Positions 54,830-63,871 of a stretch of 64,000 bases of DNA are shown here, in pieces. The position numbers and the translations under genes were made by a program. This DNA is from a virus: IMG/VR virus record IMGVR_UViG_3300047508_000265, positions 1 through 64,000 of that record; one strand, written 5' to 3'. The notes under the pieces are model-generated. The model worked only from the letters and a program-made list of their open reading frames with translations, was not told where the DNA came from and made no database searches. Position 1 is the first letter of the stretch. Every line of letters begins with the position of its first letter.

Positions 54830-55386
54830 TTGGATGTATTTGCTGCCACGGGCCTCTGGATGAAGAAGGTCTGTGCTATATTTGTGACTGGAAGAAAATG
54901 GATGAGAAGCATTTGAAAAATAGAAGGCACCATTATCGAGCCGAAGACGGCTTCCCTTGCCCTTGCGGCAAGCCCATCGATGATCCAATTCATATCCCTA
55001 GAATATGAAAGTTGATGTCTATAAAGACCGGATACTCTTATTTCCTGAATCCGACGCAGAAGTGCATCAACTAGAATGGATTAAGGATCGTGTGGAGAAG
55101 GAAAGCGAATTCGCCTTTTGCGAACATCGCCAGTGGGATATTGTGAGTTTGACCCTGTATCCGGAGAGAAGAATATGAACTCGCCGTTTTGGCTGGGTTT
55201 TTTGGCGGGATAAGACTTTTTACGTAAAATACATATGATATACAGATTTAAACGAGTCCGCAATCCGGATAGATATATGATTAAAGATGGAAAATACATT
55301 CGTGCCGTGCTCTCTAAAGGCCCATCTAACCCAGCTTGGAAGACTGTGCCAAAAACAGTGTTTATTATGCGCGGAGTTGATTTGTC

Positions 55387-55425
55387 TTTACATTCGCCCC
55401 AGAATTTGAGATAATATAAGAACAT
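55387..55425 (+). promoter_or_regulatory. promoter TTTACA-17-GATAAT, probably leaderless
   Basis: 22/23 identity with 43438-43460; ATG 8 nt after the -10. Confidence 0.7.
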
Positions 55426-55708
55426 GAAAATCAGTAAAGAAGAGCGAAGATTACGACAAGAACTACGAGATTTTAAAAATGAGATGGACGCTGCTTGGTT
55501 TAAAGTCGAGCATCCTATCACTAGGCAAGGCCCACATTATTATCCTGATACTTGTGTAAAATCTTTCAATCTTAGTTCCTTATACAATGAGATAGAAGCT
55601 GTAGACAGACTTGGCTATGATGTAGTGCTTCGCGCTTCATTGCCCCAAACTATCAATGTAATGTATGCGCAAAGACCTCCTTCAAAACCATGGCAACTAA
55701 GATGTTAA
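55424..55708 (+). CDS. hypothetical protein
   Basis: Follows the promoter motif. Confidence 0.65.
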   Translation: MKISKEERRLRQELRDFKNEMDAAWFKVEHPITRQGPHYYPDTCVKSFNLSSLYNEIEAVDRLGYDVVLRASLPQTINVMYAQRPPSKPWQLRC

Positions 55709-55859
55709 GATTCGGTTGGACTACAAGTATGGAAACCCCATTGACTATGCATGTTTGTGACGAAAAACATTCGGATGATAATATTCCAGTAGTCGTGATT
55801 CGCCTGCCGTTTTTATCCACGAAGATGAAGAAGAAATGTGAAAAGTTTGCAGAGGAGTA

Positions 55860-56198
55860 TTGTCCCGCGTGATTAATCGAGAACGATTTTGGATTAAGGG
55901 CGCTAACATGGATGTTCCTTGGGGAGTTTCTATTTATTATGGTTTAGAAAGCACTGATGGGCCTAAGGCTTTTGCTTTACCGGTTGAATTAAAGGAGTTC
56001 TCCGAGGATTCTCCTGAAAGGCCAAAACCTATGTTGGTTGTAGAGTCTGCCGCTGCTTTGCAATCTCTTATGGATGAATTGTGGAAAGAGGGAATTCGCC
56101 CTTCTGACATTGGTACTCCTGGCCATCTGGCTGCGACCCAAGCGCATCTTTCTGATATGAGAAAACTTGTTGAAGGAACTTTGAAAATAAAATTATGA
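55860..56198 (+). CDS. conserved phage protein (Q.LMDELW..GIRPS...A...HL.DMR)
   Basis: Recognisable motif string. Confidence 0.7.
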   Translation: MSRVINRERFWIKGANMDVPWGVSIYYGLESTDGPKAFALPVELKEFSEDSPERPKPMLVVESAAALQSLMDELWKEGIRPSDIGTPGHLAATQAHLSDMRKLVEGTLKIKL

Positions 56199-56584
56199 AA
56201 CGAAGAAACTTTCTAACTCTCGCCCTTGCATCCCTGCTTCCCTTACCCTTTGTTGCGAAGAAAAAGTGGTATCCGATTCCTCCGCCTTTACCACTTTATG
56301 AACGCTTTAGTTTTACTGTGCGGGAATTAGGTGAACGATATGATATAGAAGGGAACGTCTTGCTTCCCTGTTTCCGTGCAGTTATTAGAGATGGCAGCAA
56401 GCATATGGTTATTCAATCAACCACTTTTACAAATACCCGAGAGCGCCGTATGGCTTTGGACGGCCTGTATCATAATATCGGATACGTAACCCGTCGGAGA
56501 CAATTCCCAAAAGATACGCTGATCTACGATCGTGTAGATGATGAGCCGGGTTATCGCCTTTGTAATCCAAGATATCCTGTATGA
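56195..56584 (+). CDS. protein with twin-arginine-like N-terminus
   Basis: MKRRNFLTLALASLL. Confidence 0.55.
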   Translation: MKRRNFLTLALASLLPLPFVAKKKWYPIPPPLPLYERFSFTVRELGERYDIEGNVLLPCFRAVIRDGSKHMVIQSTTFTNTRERRMALDGLYHNIGYVTRRRQFPKDTLIYDRVDDEPGYRLCNPRYPV

Positions 56585-56772
56585 CGGCGGAAGAGTTTGT
56601 AAATAAAGTTTGTCCTGAGCATTGTAGAACAACTTGCTCTGATGATAATTTAACAAATGGGTTAGGAAGTGGTGATACAGAAAATGATTTTCGCTGTTCT
56701 AAATGTGTTTTACTGGAAGTTGCCCGAGAGTTAGTCGCACTTCCTCCCAAATTTTACTTGGTAGGTTCATGA
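56581..56772 (+). CDS. small Cys/His-rich protein (PEH.RT.CSD...NG...RC..C.LL)
   Basis: Recognisable small phage family pattern. Confidence 0.6.
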   Translation: MTAEEFVNKVCPEHCRTTCSDDNLTNGLGSGDTENDFRCSKCVLLEVARELVALPPKFYLVGS

Positions 56773-57030
56773 AACTTCTGATCCCCTGCATCCCTGTCTC
56801 CTTGCTTCTTGGCTGCGCGAGAGTTGGTGAAGCTTTTACGCGACCCCATGATCAGGTGACGGGAATAGATAATTTAATACAGACCGGTGTTATAGTTGGG
56901 GTTATTCTAGTTTTTGCTATTGGATTCGGTGCGGTTATGAAATTACTGAAATGAAAGTTCTGGGCCTAATCGCCTTTATCGTTGTCTATCTGACTATCTT
57001 GTATCAAATTTTAAAACGAGTGAAGCTTAT

Positions 57031-57921
57031 ATGACTATTTGCCTGCATTGTATGGTTAAAAATGGTCGCTGGACTTTGCCTGCGCTGTTTGAGTCTTGTG
57101 AGAAGTTTGTTGATAACGCTGTGATTTTAGATACCGGCAGTACAGACGGTACTCGAAGATGGCTACGTGAGCAGTCCATAATTCCAACAGAAGTGATAGA
57201 GCAACCTTTCGTGAATTTCGGCAAGACCCGAACCATTGGAATGGCCCACGCCCGCGGGCAAGCTGACTGGCTTCTCCTGCTGGACTCTGATATGGTGCTT
57301 CGCTGCGACAAGCCGGTAGAGGAAATTAAGGCTTCGATCGATCCCACGGCCAAAGCCTACATGCTCCAAATGGATCAACCGGTAACCTATTGGAATACTC
57401 GCCTGGTTAGCGGCAAGGAATTGTGGGAATACAAGGGAGTGACTCATGAGTATCTGGATCGTTCCGCGGGTTCGCCTAAGTTGGAAGGTCTTATGGTTGA
57501 GCATCACTTCAATCATGGACCACAGAAGTTCGAACGCGATCTTCGTCTGCTTTCTGCGGACGTTTCACGAGATCCGTATGATGCTAGAACAATTTTTTAT
57601 CTTGCTCAGACTTTGCGGGATATGGGCCACACTCTTCCTGCGATTTGGTACTATCAGTTACGTGCTGCGATGGGCGGATGGGAAGAGGAGAAATTCTATT
57701 CGTTATATGAGGCAGCAAGATTGGCGGGAGACCCAAGAGCTATGGAAGCTGCTTATAAATTTCGACCTAGTCGCGCTGAAACTGCTGATTGGTTGGCGAA
57801 TTATTATAGAACTCAGGGGGACAATATGTGTACCGGAAAGTGGGAAAACATAAGGGCCAATATCCCTCTTCCTCCCGATATACTGTTCCTTAACACCAAA
57901 AGTTATGGCCCCCGAAACTAG
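57031..57921 (+). CDS. GT2 glycosyltransferase with C-terminal TPR-like repeats
   Basis: ICL.CMVKN; DTGSTDGT; F.NFG..R; LLDSD; Y.GVTHEY; D.R..FYLAQT; GW.EE; RP.RAE. Confidence 0.88.
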   Translation: MTICLHCMVKNGRWTLPALFESCEKFVDNAVILDTGSTDGTRRWLREQSIIPTEVIEQPFVNFGKTRTIGMAHARGQADWLLLLDSDMVLRCDKPVEEIKASIDPTAKAYMLQMDQPVTYWNTRLVSGKELWEYKGVTHEYLDRSAGSPKLEGLMVEHHFNHGPQKFERDLRLLSADVSRDPYDARTIFYLAQTLRDMGHTLPAIWYYQLRAAMGGWEEEKFYSLYEAARLAGDPRAMEAAYKFRPSRAETADWLANYYRTQGDNMCTGKWENIRANIPLPPDILFLNTKSYGPRN

Positions 57922-58123
57922 AAGCCCTTACCGGTATTACTATAGAACTCGTCCTGCGACGTTTCGAGAAAAATGGCGAATGTTGTGGACTGATTGGTCT
58001 TGGCCAATTACAATTGATTATCTTGTTCCTGTAAAGAAAGGCGAGCCGGGATATGAAGAAGCGCCTTATGAAGAAACATTTATTCAGTATAGAGATGTTT
58101 GGAGTATAGAATGTACGAAGTAA
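57905..58123 (+). CDS. hypothetical protein
   Basis: ORF track. Confidence 0.5.
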   Translation: MAPETRSPYRYYYRTRPATFREKWRMLWTDWSWPITIDYLVPVKKGEPGYEEAPYEETFIQYRDVWSIECTK

Positions 58124-58274
58124 TTGACAGCCAAGGAATAGTTTTAGCAGAATATGAGGATTTGAAAGACGCCGAGTTATTTACGGATGGTATAGAGACT
58201 GAAGAAACCTTGGATATTGTAGATACCTGCCCGCATCCACCAAATCTTTTTCTTAGTCATGGGAATTTAACACA

Positions 58275-58592
58275 ATGATACTTGATGAATACCAAGAGCG
58301 AGCTTATGACTTGGCGCTTCCTACGACCAAAAATATAACTTACATGTTGCTTGGAGTAACTAATGAATCTGGGGAGGCCGCTGGGAAATTGAAGAAAGCG
58401 CTTCGAGGCGATAAGAAACTAGCCGCGATAACTGAAGATATCGCACAGGAATTGGGTGATGTGCTTTGGTATGTATCCGGAGCCGCTAGAGTTCTAGGGT
58501 ATTCTTTGGATGAAATCGCCTGTATGAATTTGAAAAAATTGGAAGATAGACAATTGAGAGGTAAACTGCAAGGTGACGGAGACGAACGCTAA
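58275..58592 (+). CDS. mazG: MazG-like nucleoside triphosphate pyrophosphohydrolase
   Basis: EYQ; E.GE...K.KK; ELGDVLWY; N..KL.DR..RG...G.GD.R. Confidence 0.88.
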   Translation: MILDEYQERAYDLALPTTKNITYMLLGVTNESGEAAGKLKKALRGDKKLAAITEDIAQELGDVLWYVSGAARVLGYSLDEIACMNLKKLEDRQLRGKLQGDGDER

Positions 58593-59064
58593 AATTATTT
58601 ATTCGCTTTTATGGGGTTTAGTTTTTCCTGAAAAAAGGAAAGTGATTCTTCATAAGTATAATATTTCGGATAAAAGAAAAGCGGTAACGAGACGATATGC
58701 ACAATCTGAGCGCGGAAAACAAACTATTACAGCTTATAACAATTCATCTCAAGGTAAGAACAATAGACGGCGAGCCAAACGAAAATACAAACGGTCTGAA
58801 AAGGGCCGACTAAAGAATTGTGTTCATGCTGCAAAACGTAATGCTCTGAAGAGGTGTCGTACGGTTGGTGATCTTTTTGCTATAGAAAAGGTTTACGCTC
58901 GTGCGCAAGAGCTTCGACAATGGTTTGATGTTGTAGTTGATCATATTGTTCCTCTTGCTAAAGGCGGCGCCCATTCTCCAGAAAATTTGCAGATTATTTA
59001 TGCTTTTGAAAATGAACGCAAGGGAGCCCGCTTAGATTATAAGCCACGAGTTATTTTCAAATGA
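58573..59064 (+). CDS. HNH homing endonuclease, family A
   Basis: VVDHIVPLAKGGAHSPENLQIIYAFEN. Confidence 0.9.
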   Translation: MTETNAKIIYSLLWGLVFPEKRKVILHKYNISDKRKAVTRRYAQSERGKQTITAYNNSSQGKNNRRRAKRKYKRSEKGRLKNCVHAAKRNALKRCRTVGDLFAIEKVYARAQELRQWFDVVVDHIVPLAKGGAHSPENLQIIYAFENERKGARLDYKPRVIFK

Positions 59065-60965
59065 TTTTATCAGAAAAGTTTCTCAAGCCTTATAAAACAG
59101 CTAAACCGCCCTTCGGGTTTAATGGTCTTGGGCATGTTGTATATCGCCGGACCTACAGTCGTTTTAAAGAGGACGGTCAGTTAGAAGATTGGTGGGAAAC
59201 TTTGCAGCGTTGTGTGGAGGGCGCTCAAAAGATTGGTGCGGAATACACAGTTGAAGAAGCAGAAAAACTTTATAACCATTTATTTAATCTTAGATGCTCG
59301 TTCGCCGGAAGGTCTTTGTGGCAGTTCGGGGCTCCTACACTTGACAAACTCGGCGCGGCATCGCTACTTAATTGTTGGTTTGTTCCGATAACCAAACCTT
59401 ATGACTTCTGTTTTTTATTCGATAATCTTATGCTCGGAGGAGGCTGCGGATTTTCCATCCGTCGTCAAGATGTTCACGAACTTCCAAGAGTTAAACGCGG
59501 AGTTTCGATTACTCATCAAAAATGCAGCGACGCCGATTTCATTGTTCCCGATTCCCGTGAAGGGTGGGTACGGTTATTGCGCCGAGTTCTTAGGTCCTAC
59601 TTTGAAACCGGTACAAGTTTTAATTACTCGACTATTCTTGTGCGACCTCGCGGTGAAAGGATAGCGGGATTCGGGGGGATTGCTAGTGGGCCTATCAATC
59701 TTATAGAAGGTGTAGAGTCTATTTGTAAAGTTTTACGAGCACGAGAGGGCAAAAAACTTAGGTCTATCGATGCTCTTGATATTTGTAATATAATAGGAAG
59801 CATAGTTGTTTCGGGTAATGTTAGACGTTCTGCTGAAGTTGCGCTTTTTGACCCTGATGATGTCCTTCTTTTACGAGCTAAACGTTGGGATTTAGGAGAC
59901 GTTCCCAATTTTCGCGCAATGTCTAATAATAGTCTTTACGCTGATAGTTATGATCATATTATGGATCATGTGTGGCAAACATATGAGGGAAACGGCGAAG
60001 CGCTTGGGTTGTTTAATCTTCCCCTTGCTCAAAGCCAAGGACGATTAGGAGAGGAGCGAGACGATAATTGTGAGGGAGCTAATCCTTGTATGGAGGTTCC
60101 TCTTGCGCCTTATGAATGTTGTAATCTTGCAGAACTATTTTTAAATAATATCGAATCGCCTGAACAATTGTATGAGTGCGCCCGACTTCTCTATAAAACC
60201 CAAAAAGCAATTGCTGCTGCTCCCTATCACCATCCCGAAACAAATAGAGTGGTCCACCGAAATATGCGATTGGGACTTGGTGCCACTGGAATCTGTCAAG
60301 TTTCGAAAAAACTCGAATGGCTCGATAAGTGTTATAGAGACCTTCGGAAGTTCGATAGGGAATGGAGCAAGAAACGAGGATGGCCAGAGTCCATCAAACT
60401 TACCACCATTAAACCGAGCGGTACGTTGTCCCTCCTCGCGGGTTCCACGCCGGGTTGTCATCCAGCCTACTCGCAGTACTATCTTCGTCGTGTCCGATTA
60501 AGCTCCTCTGATTCCCTGATTCCCTGCCTCCGTGAAGCTGGCTACAATGTAACTTTTCAGGAGAATCAGGACGGTTCCGTGAATCGTGACACTCTGGTTG
60601 TTGAGTTTCCTTGTGAGGCTGGGGAAGGAGCGAAGCTCGCCTCTGATATGACTGCGGTGGACCAGCTTGAGTTAGTGAAGAAGCTTCAGACGATATGGGC
60701 TGATAACGCCGTCTCAGTTACTATTTATTATGAACATAGCGAGTTAGACGCCATACGCGCTTGGCTGAAGGAACATTATGCTTCCTCAATTAAATCCGTG
60801 AGCTTTCTCCTGAAGCAGGGCCATAACTTCAAACAGGCGCCTTATGAGGCGATAGATAAGACAACCTATGATATGCTAATGCAGAAAATTAAACCGATAA
60901 AAAATATCTCGCAGGGCGAACTAATAGAGGAGGAGTGTGCAGGAGGAAAATGCCCAGTTCGCTAA
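59061..60965 (+). CDS. nrdJ: class II (B12-dependent, monomeric type) ribonucleotide reductase
   Basis: RTYSR; GR.LW; NCWF; GNVRRSA; NPCME...ECCNL.E; TTIKPSGT; C-terminal CAGGKCPVR. Confidence 0.93.
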   Translation: MILSEKFLKPYKTAKPPFGFNGLGHVVYRRTYSRFKEDGQLEDWWETLQRCVEGAQKIGAEYTVEEAEKLYNHLFNLRCSFAGRSLWQFGAPTLDKLGAASLLNCWFVPITKPYDFCFLFDNLMLGGGCGFSIRRQDVHELPRVKRGVSITHQKCSDADFIVPDSREGWVRLLRRVLRSYFETGTSFNYSTILVRPRGERIAGFGGIASGPINLIEGVESICKVLRAREGKKLRSIDALDICNIIGSIVVSGNVRRSAEVALFDPDDVLLLRAKRWDLGDVPNFRAMSNNSLYADSYDHIMDHVWQTYEGNGEALGLFNLPLAQSQGRLGEERDDNCEGANPCMEVPLAPYECCNLAELFLNNIESPEQLYECARLLYKTQKAIAAAPYHHPETNRVVHRNMRLGLGATGICQVSKKLEWLDKCYRDLRKFDREWSKKRGWPESIKLTTIKPSGTLSLLAGSTPGCHPAYSQYYLRRVRLSSSDSLIPCLREAGYNVTFQENQDGSVNRDTLVVEFPCEAGEGAKLASDMTAVDQLELVKKLQTIWADNAVSVTIYYEHSELDAIRAWLKEHYASSIKSVSFLLKQGHNFKQAPYEAIDKTTYDMLMQKIKPIKNISQGELIEEECAGGKCPVR

Positions 60966-61104
60966 CTTATAAAATGTTGGAGCATATTTCTAAGGAACTT
61001 AAGAAATGCAAAATGCCGCCGGTGTATAACTCGAAAGGCGAACCTTGTTATGCTTTGCGGTTTTCTGGTACAAAAAGACAATATCGTAAATTGATGAAGA
61101 AGTT

Positions 61105-61776
61105 ATGCACGACTACCTAGTCTTCTGTTCCACCCGCCACGGCCAAACGAATGCCGAGCTTGGCATCTACGGCGCTGATCGGAACTTCGATCTTTGCATT
61201 CATGACTATTCGAGTTGGGGCACAGATCCACAGGAAAAGTTTAAACGATCAGAATATTGGTTTACTCGTCCAAAGGCTGAGAAGTTAGAAACGGCAGCTA
61301 TGGTGCTTCCTCATTTGCCTGTAAGTTACAAGTACTATGCTTTTTTAGACGACGATCTTACGATTACAACTGACCAGCTTAATCGTTTGTTTCTTGTTGG
61401 TGATTCCCTTGGTCTCGATCTTTATCAACCGGCATTGACAGGAAATAGTTATGGCTCGTGGAAACATTTGTTTCAATATGAGCTTCCAAATTGTCCTGCT
61501 GTTCGGGATGTAGACTTTGTTGAGATAATGATGCCTTTTATGAGCAAGGCGTTTTTAGACAAGCATATTGGAATGTTTGATTGCAACATTTCCGGTTGGG
61601 GCCTCGACCTGTATGATTGGGGCAAGGGCTATCTAGTAAATTCTATCGCCGTTGGACACTATCGTAAACCAGAAAGGCGTAATCGTATACTTCGCAACGG
61701 CCTCACACCTGCACAAGAACTTTGGATAATGACTAAGATATACAACCCAGATGACTGTAGTTTGCCGCCATGTTAA
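61105..61776 (+). CDS. DUF707-family putative glycosyltransferase
   Basis: FLDDDL; L.L.QPAL; FVEIM.P..S; GWGLD. Confidence 0.75.
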   Translation: MHDYLVFCSTRHGQTNAELGIYGADRNFDLCIHDYSSWGTDPQEKFKRSEYWFTRPKAEKLETAAMVLPHLPVSYKYYAFLDDDLTITTDQLNRLFLVGDSLGLDLYQPALTGNSYGSWKHLFQYELPNCPAVRDVDFVEIMMPFMSKAFLDKHIGMFDCNISGWGLDLYDWGKGYLVNSIAVGHYRKPERRNRILRNGLTPAQELWIMTKIYNPDDCSLPPC

Positions 61777-62006
61777 TGCCTTATCAAGACCCAGATGATT
61801 ACGTGAGTTTTTTCGACCAACATACCTGTCGTTTTCATGAAATAGCTCCTGGCGAACCTTATGCTGGCTGCACATGCAGCACAGATTGGGGACAACGAAA
61901 GGCTACGCCGGAAGAGCGAGAAGCCAATAGGAAGAGTCGTCTAGAGCGGGAAGAACGAAGAGCTAGGACTTATCGAGCAGTAGGATTTTTATGCAGTCAG
62001 CCTTAG
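61770..62006 (+). CDS. small Cys/His-containing hypothetical protein
   Basis: ORF track; lies between the two GT-like genes. Confidence 0.5.
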   Translation: MLMPYQDPDDYVSFFDQHTCRFHEIAPGEPYAGCTCSTDWGQRKATPEEREANRKSRLEREERRARTYRAVGFLCSQP

Positions 62007-62773
62007 TCGTAGCTTGGCACAATCCAAAACAGATCGCCGAGTTTAAGGAGGCGTGGAAGATTCAGTCTGGTCACCAGGTCTATTTTCAGCAGGATAAGGA
62101 CAAAGAGGGCTGTGCCGTAACGAAGAACAAAGGAATTCGTCGAGCGTATGATGACGGCGCTGAGATGATCGTTGTTTTAGATGATGACTGTTATCCTAAA
62201 GACGAACACTATACTCTGCAGAATTTGTTTGAGGATTATGAATCCGCCTTGAAGCCGCAGAAGGTTTTGATGTATTATGCCATTACTCAGCCTCGTTCTC
62301 GTGGAACGCCGTATTTAAACCGGACTATTCAAATGCCGGTTGCTGCGGCTTTGGGGTATGCTTTAAAGTTCCCAGATTTGGATGCCGCTTCTTCTTTGGT
62401 TCTCGGCAGCCAGATTGAGATTGGAATGCTGAAACAACCAATACACGGAAGGTATTTTAGTGGTTGCGGAATGAATTTCGCCTTTCGTCGTGAATGGATT
62501 GATTGTGTTCAATTTATCAACATTCCCAGATTCGACGACATTTGGATGTTTTTAATCTTCCAGAAAATCGCCTACGCGAAAGGATTTTGTTTTTCTTTGG
62601 AAGGTCCTGATGTAATTCATCAGCGTCAATCCAACATTTGGAGAAATTTACAAGACGAAGTCAAATATCTTGAGATAAATGAAACTCTTTGGCAGACGAT
62701 TCATGCTGCTCCTTCTTGCTTGTCCGCTTCGGAATTGAGGGATAAACTTTTTCTAAGTTATCCTCGAACATGA
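61991..62773 (+). CDS. RGP/UAM-like GT75 protein (putative UDP-arabinopyranose mutase)
   Basis: LDDDC, RGTPY..R, PDLDA, CGMNFAFRRE, RFDDIW and H...SN...NL..E follow the plant RGP motifs in order. Confidence 0.8.
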   Translation: MQSALVVAWHNPKQIAEFKEAWKIQSGHQVYFQQDKDKEGCAVTKNKGIRRAYDDGAEMIVVLDDDCYPKDEHYTLQNLFEDYESALKPQKVLMYYAITQPRSRGTPYLNRTIQMPVAAALGYALKFPDLDAASSLVLGSQIEIGMLKQPIHGRYFSGCGMNFAFRREWIDCVQFINIPRFDDIWMFLIFQKIAYAKGFCFSLEGPDVIHQRQSNIWRNLQDEVKYLEINETLWQTIHAAPSCLSASELRDKLFLSYPRT

Positions 62774-62916
62774 GTTAGTCTTGGATTTCGTTTCTTAGCG
62801 CCAGCACTCGCCTTACGAGAACTTGCGGCAAGGATTTTGTTTGCCGTTGCTTGTGAGTAATTTTCGCGTCTTGCGATCGATTGAGAGGCTTTCCGGAAAC
62901 CTGGGTGCTTGTTCAT
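62758..62916 (-). CDS. small conserved basic phage protein (HPGF...IA...ILAA..R.AS..A...NP.L..V.G)
   Basis: Translated by hand, 52 aa, ATGA-coupled. Confidence 0.65.
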   Translation of the reverse strand: MNKHPGFRKASQSIARRENYSQATANKILAASSRKASAGAKKRNPRLTHVRG

Positions 62917-63037
62917 ATTGAGGGAAGCACGGGCGGATCAAGTTTATATACAATGAAAATTGTAATTAAAGAAGCCAGCCATATTCGGAAGGTTTCGCAA
63001 TAAACTTGTCTAAACGGAATTTTCCAATAATCTTTTA

Positions 63038-63262
63038 TCATGTGTTTACTTTCTCGGGTTGGCAAGATTCGAACTTGCGATCTGATGCTCCCAAGGCATC
63101 CGCGCTGGCCGCTACGCTACAACCCGAGGAAGGAAACCCTCGGTTGCATCCGGGCGGCAATGGTTGTGTCTTGAGTTCGCGCATAAGATTAGGATCGGGT
63201 TCTGAGCCCATTTGTCTAGACATTTCTTTTAGGAATAAATTTTCGAATGTTTCTCGGTTCAC
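63038..63262 (-). CDS. coupled small ORF reading through the tRNA
   Basis: GTGA overlap at its start and ATGA overlap at its stop. Confidence 0.35.
   Translation of the reverse strand: MNRETFENLFLKEMSRQMGSEPDPNLMRELKTQPLPPGCNRGFPSSGCSVAASADALGASDRKFESCQPEKVNT
63054..63126 (-). tRNA. trnP: tRNA-Pro (TGG), CCA not encoded
   Basis: CGGGTTG/CAACCCG acceptor, GCG/CGC D arm, GATGC-CTTGGGA-GCATC anticodon arm, GCAAG-TTCGAAT-CTTGC T arm, A73. Confidence 0.9.
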
Positions 63263-63687
63263 AGTCCTAGTTTTTGCAGAACTTCTTGAACAGTCCTGTC
63301 CGTTAACTCATTCATGCGGACGTCATCGTCTGCGTCATCGTCGTCCTGCGTGAGTTCTTTCAAGTGATCTTGAGCCGCTTTCGCGCGCGCTTCTAACTCC
63401 ACCAGAACTGCACGACTTTCGCGTGTGCGCGTGGTCGGGTCGGAATTGAGTTCGCTTGTGAAATGCTCCAATAGCACTGTGAGCGCCCATACATCGTCGG
63501 CAGCTTTAATAATTTCGTCGTCTTGGCGCGAATCTTCTGCGATCCATCCGCGAAGGAAGCCGATGCCTGCTGTGTTTTCAATTCGAGTGAACTCGCCTGC
63601 GTGAATCAGATTGTCTCTCGCGTTTTTACGCTCTGCTTTTCTATCATGGCCTTCCGGTTGTAGTATGCTGCCTGTTTGTTCGCTCAT
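63259..63687 (-). CDS. acidic hypothetical protein
   Basis: ORF track, 142 aa. Confidence 0.65.
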   Translation of the reverse strand: MSEQTGSILQPEGHDRKAERKNARDNLIHAGEFTRIENTAGIGFLRGWIAEDSRQDDEIIKAADDVWALTVLLEHFTSELNSDPTTRTRESRAVLVELEARAKAAQDHLKELTQDDDDADDDVRMNELTDRTVQEVLQKLGL

Positions 63688-63688
63688 A

Positions 63689-63871
63689 TTAGCACCAAGT
63701 TATATAAGTATTCATCCAAATTGGATTTGGGTATGGATTGAAAGGAGGCGGATCGTAGGGCCCTCTTCCGCAATAAGGGCTTCGACCGCAGTGCGGACAG
63801 ATATGCTGGTTTGGGGTATTTGTGATAGTGGTGGAATCCACTTTTACATCGCTGCCAGTTGTAGTATTCAT
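63689..63871 (-). CDS. small protein with tandem CP.CGR motif
   Basis: CPHCGRSPYCGR. Confidence 0.55.
   Translation of the reverse strand: MNTTTGSDVKVDSTTITNTPNQHICPHCGRSPYCGRGPYDPPPFNPYPNPIWMNTYITWC

Noticed and set aside
48340-58592. 2-aminoadenine (Z-DNA) pathway suggested by HD hydrolase + MazG + PolA/primase
   Set aside because: No PurZ/PurA homolog in the window. The HD and MazG proteins look like the common YfdR-like and phage MazG types. It cannot be excluded for the unseen genome part.
59061-60965. Intein or intron in nrdJ, polA, terL or helicase
   Set aside because: Lengths are normal and motifs contiguous; no intein termini or intron cores found.
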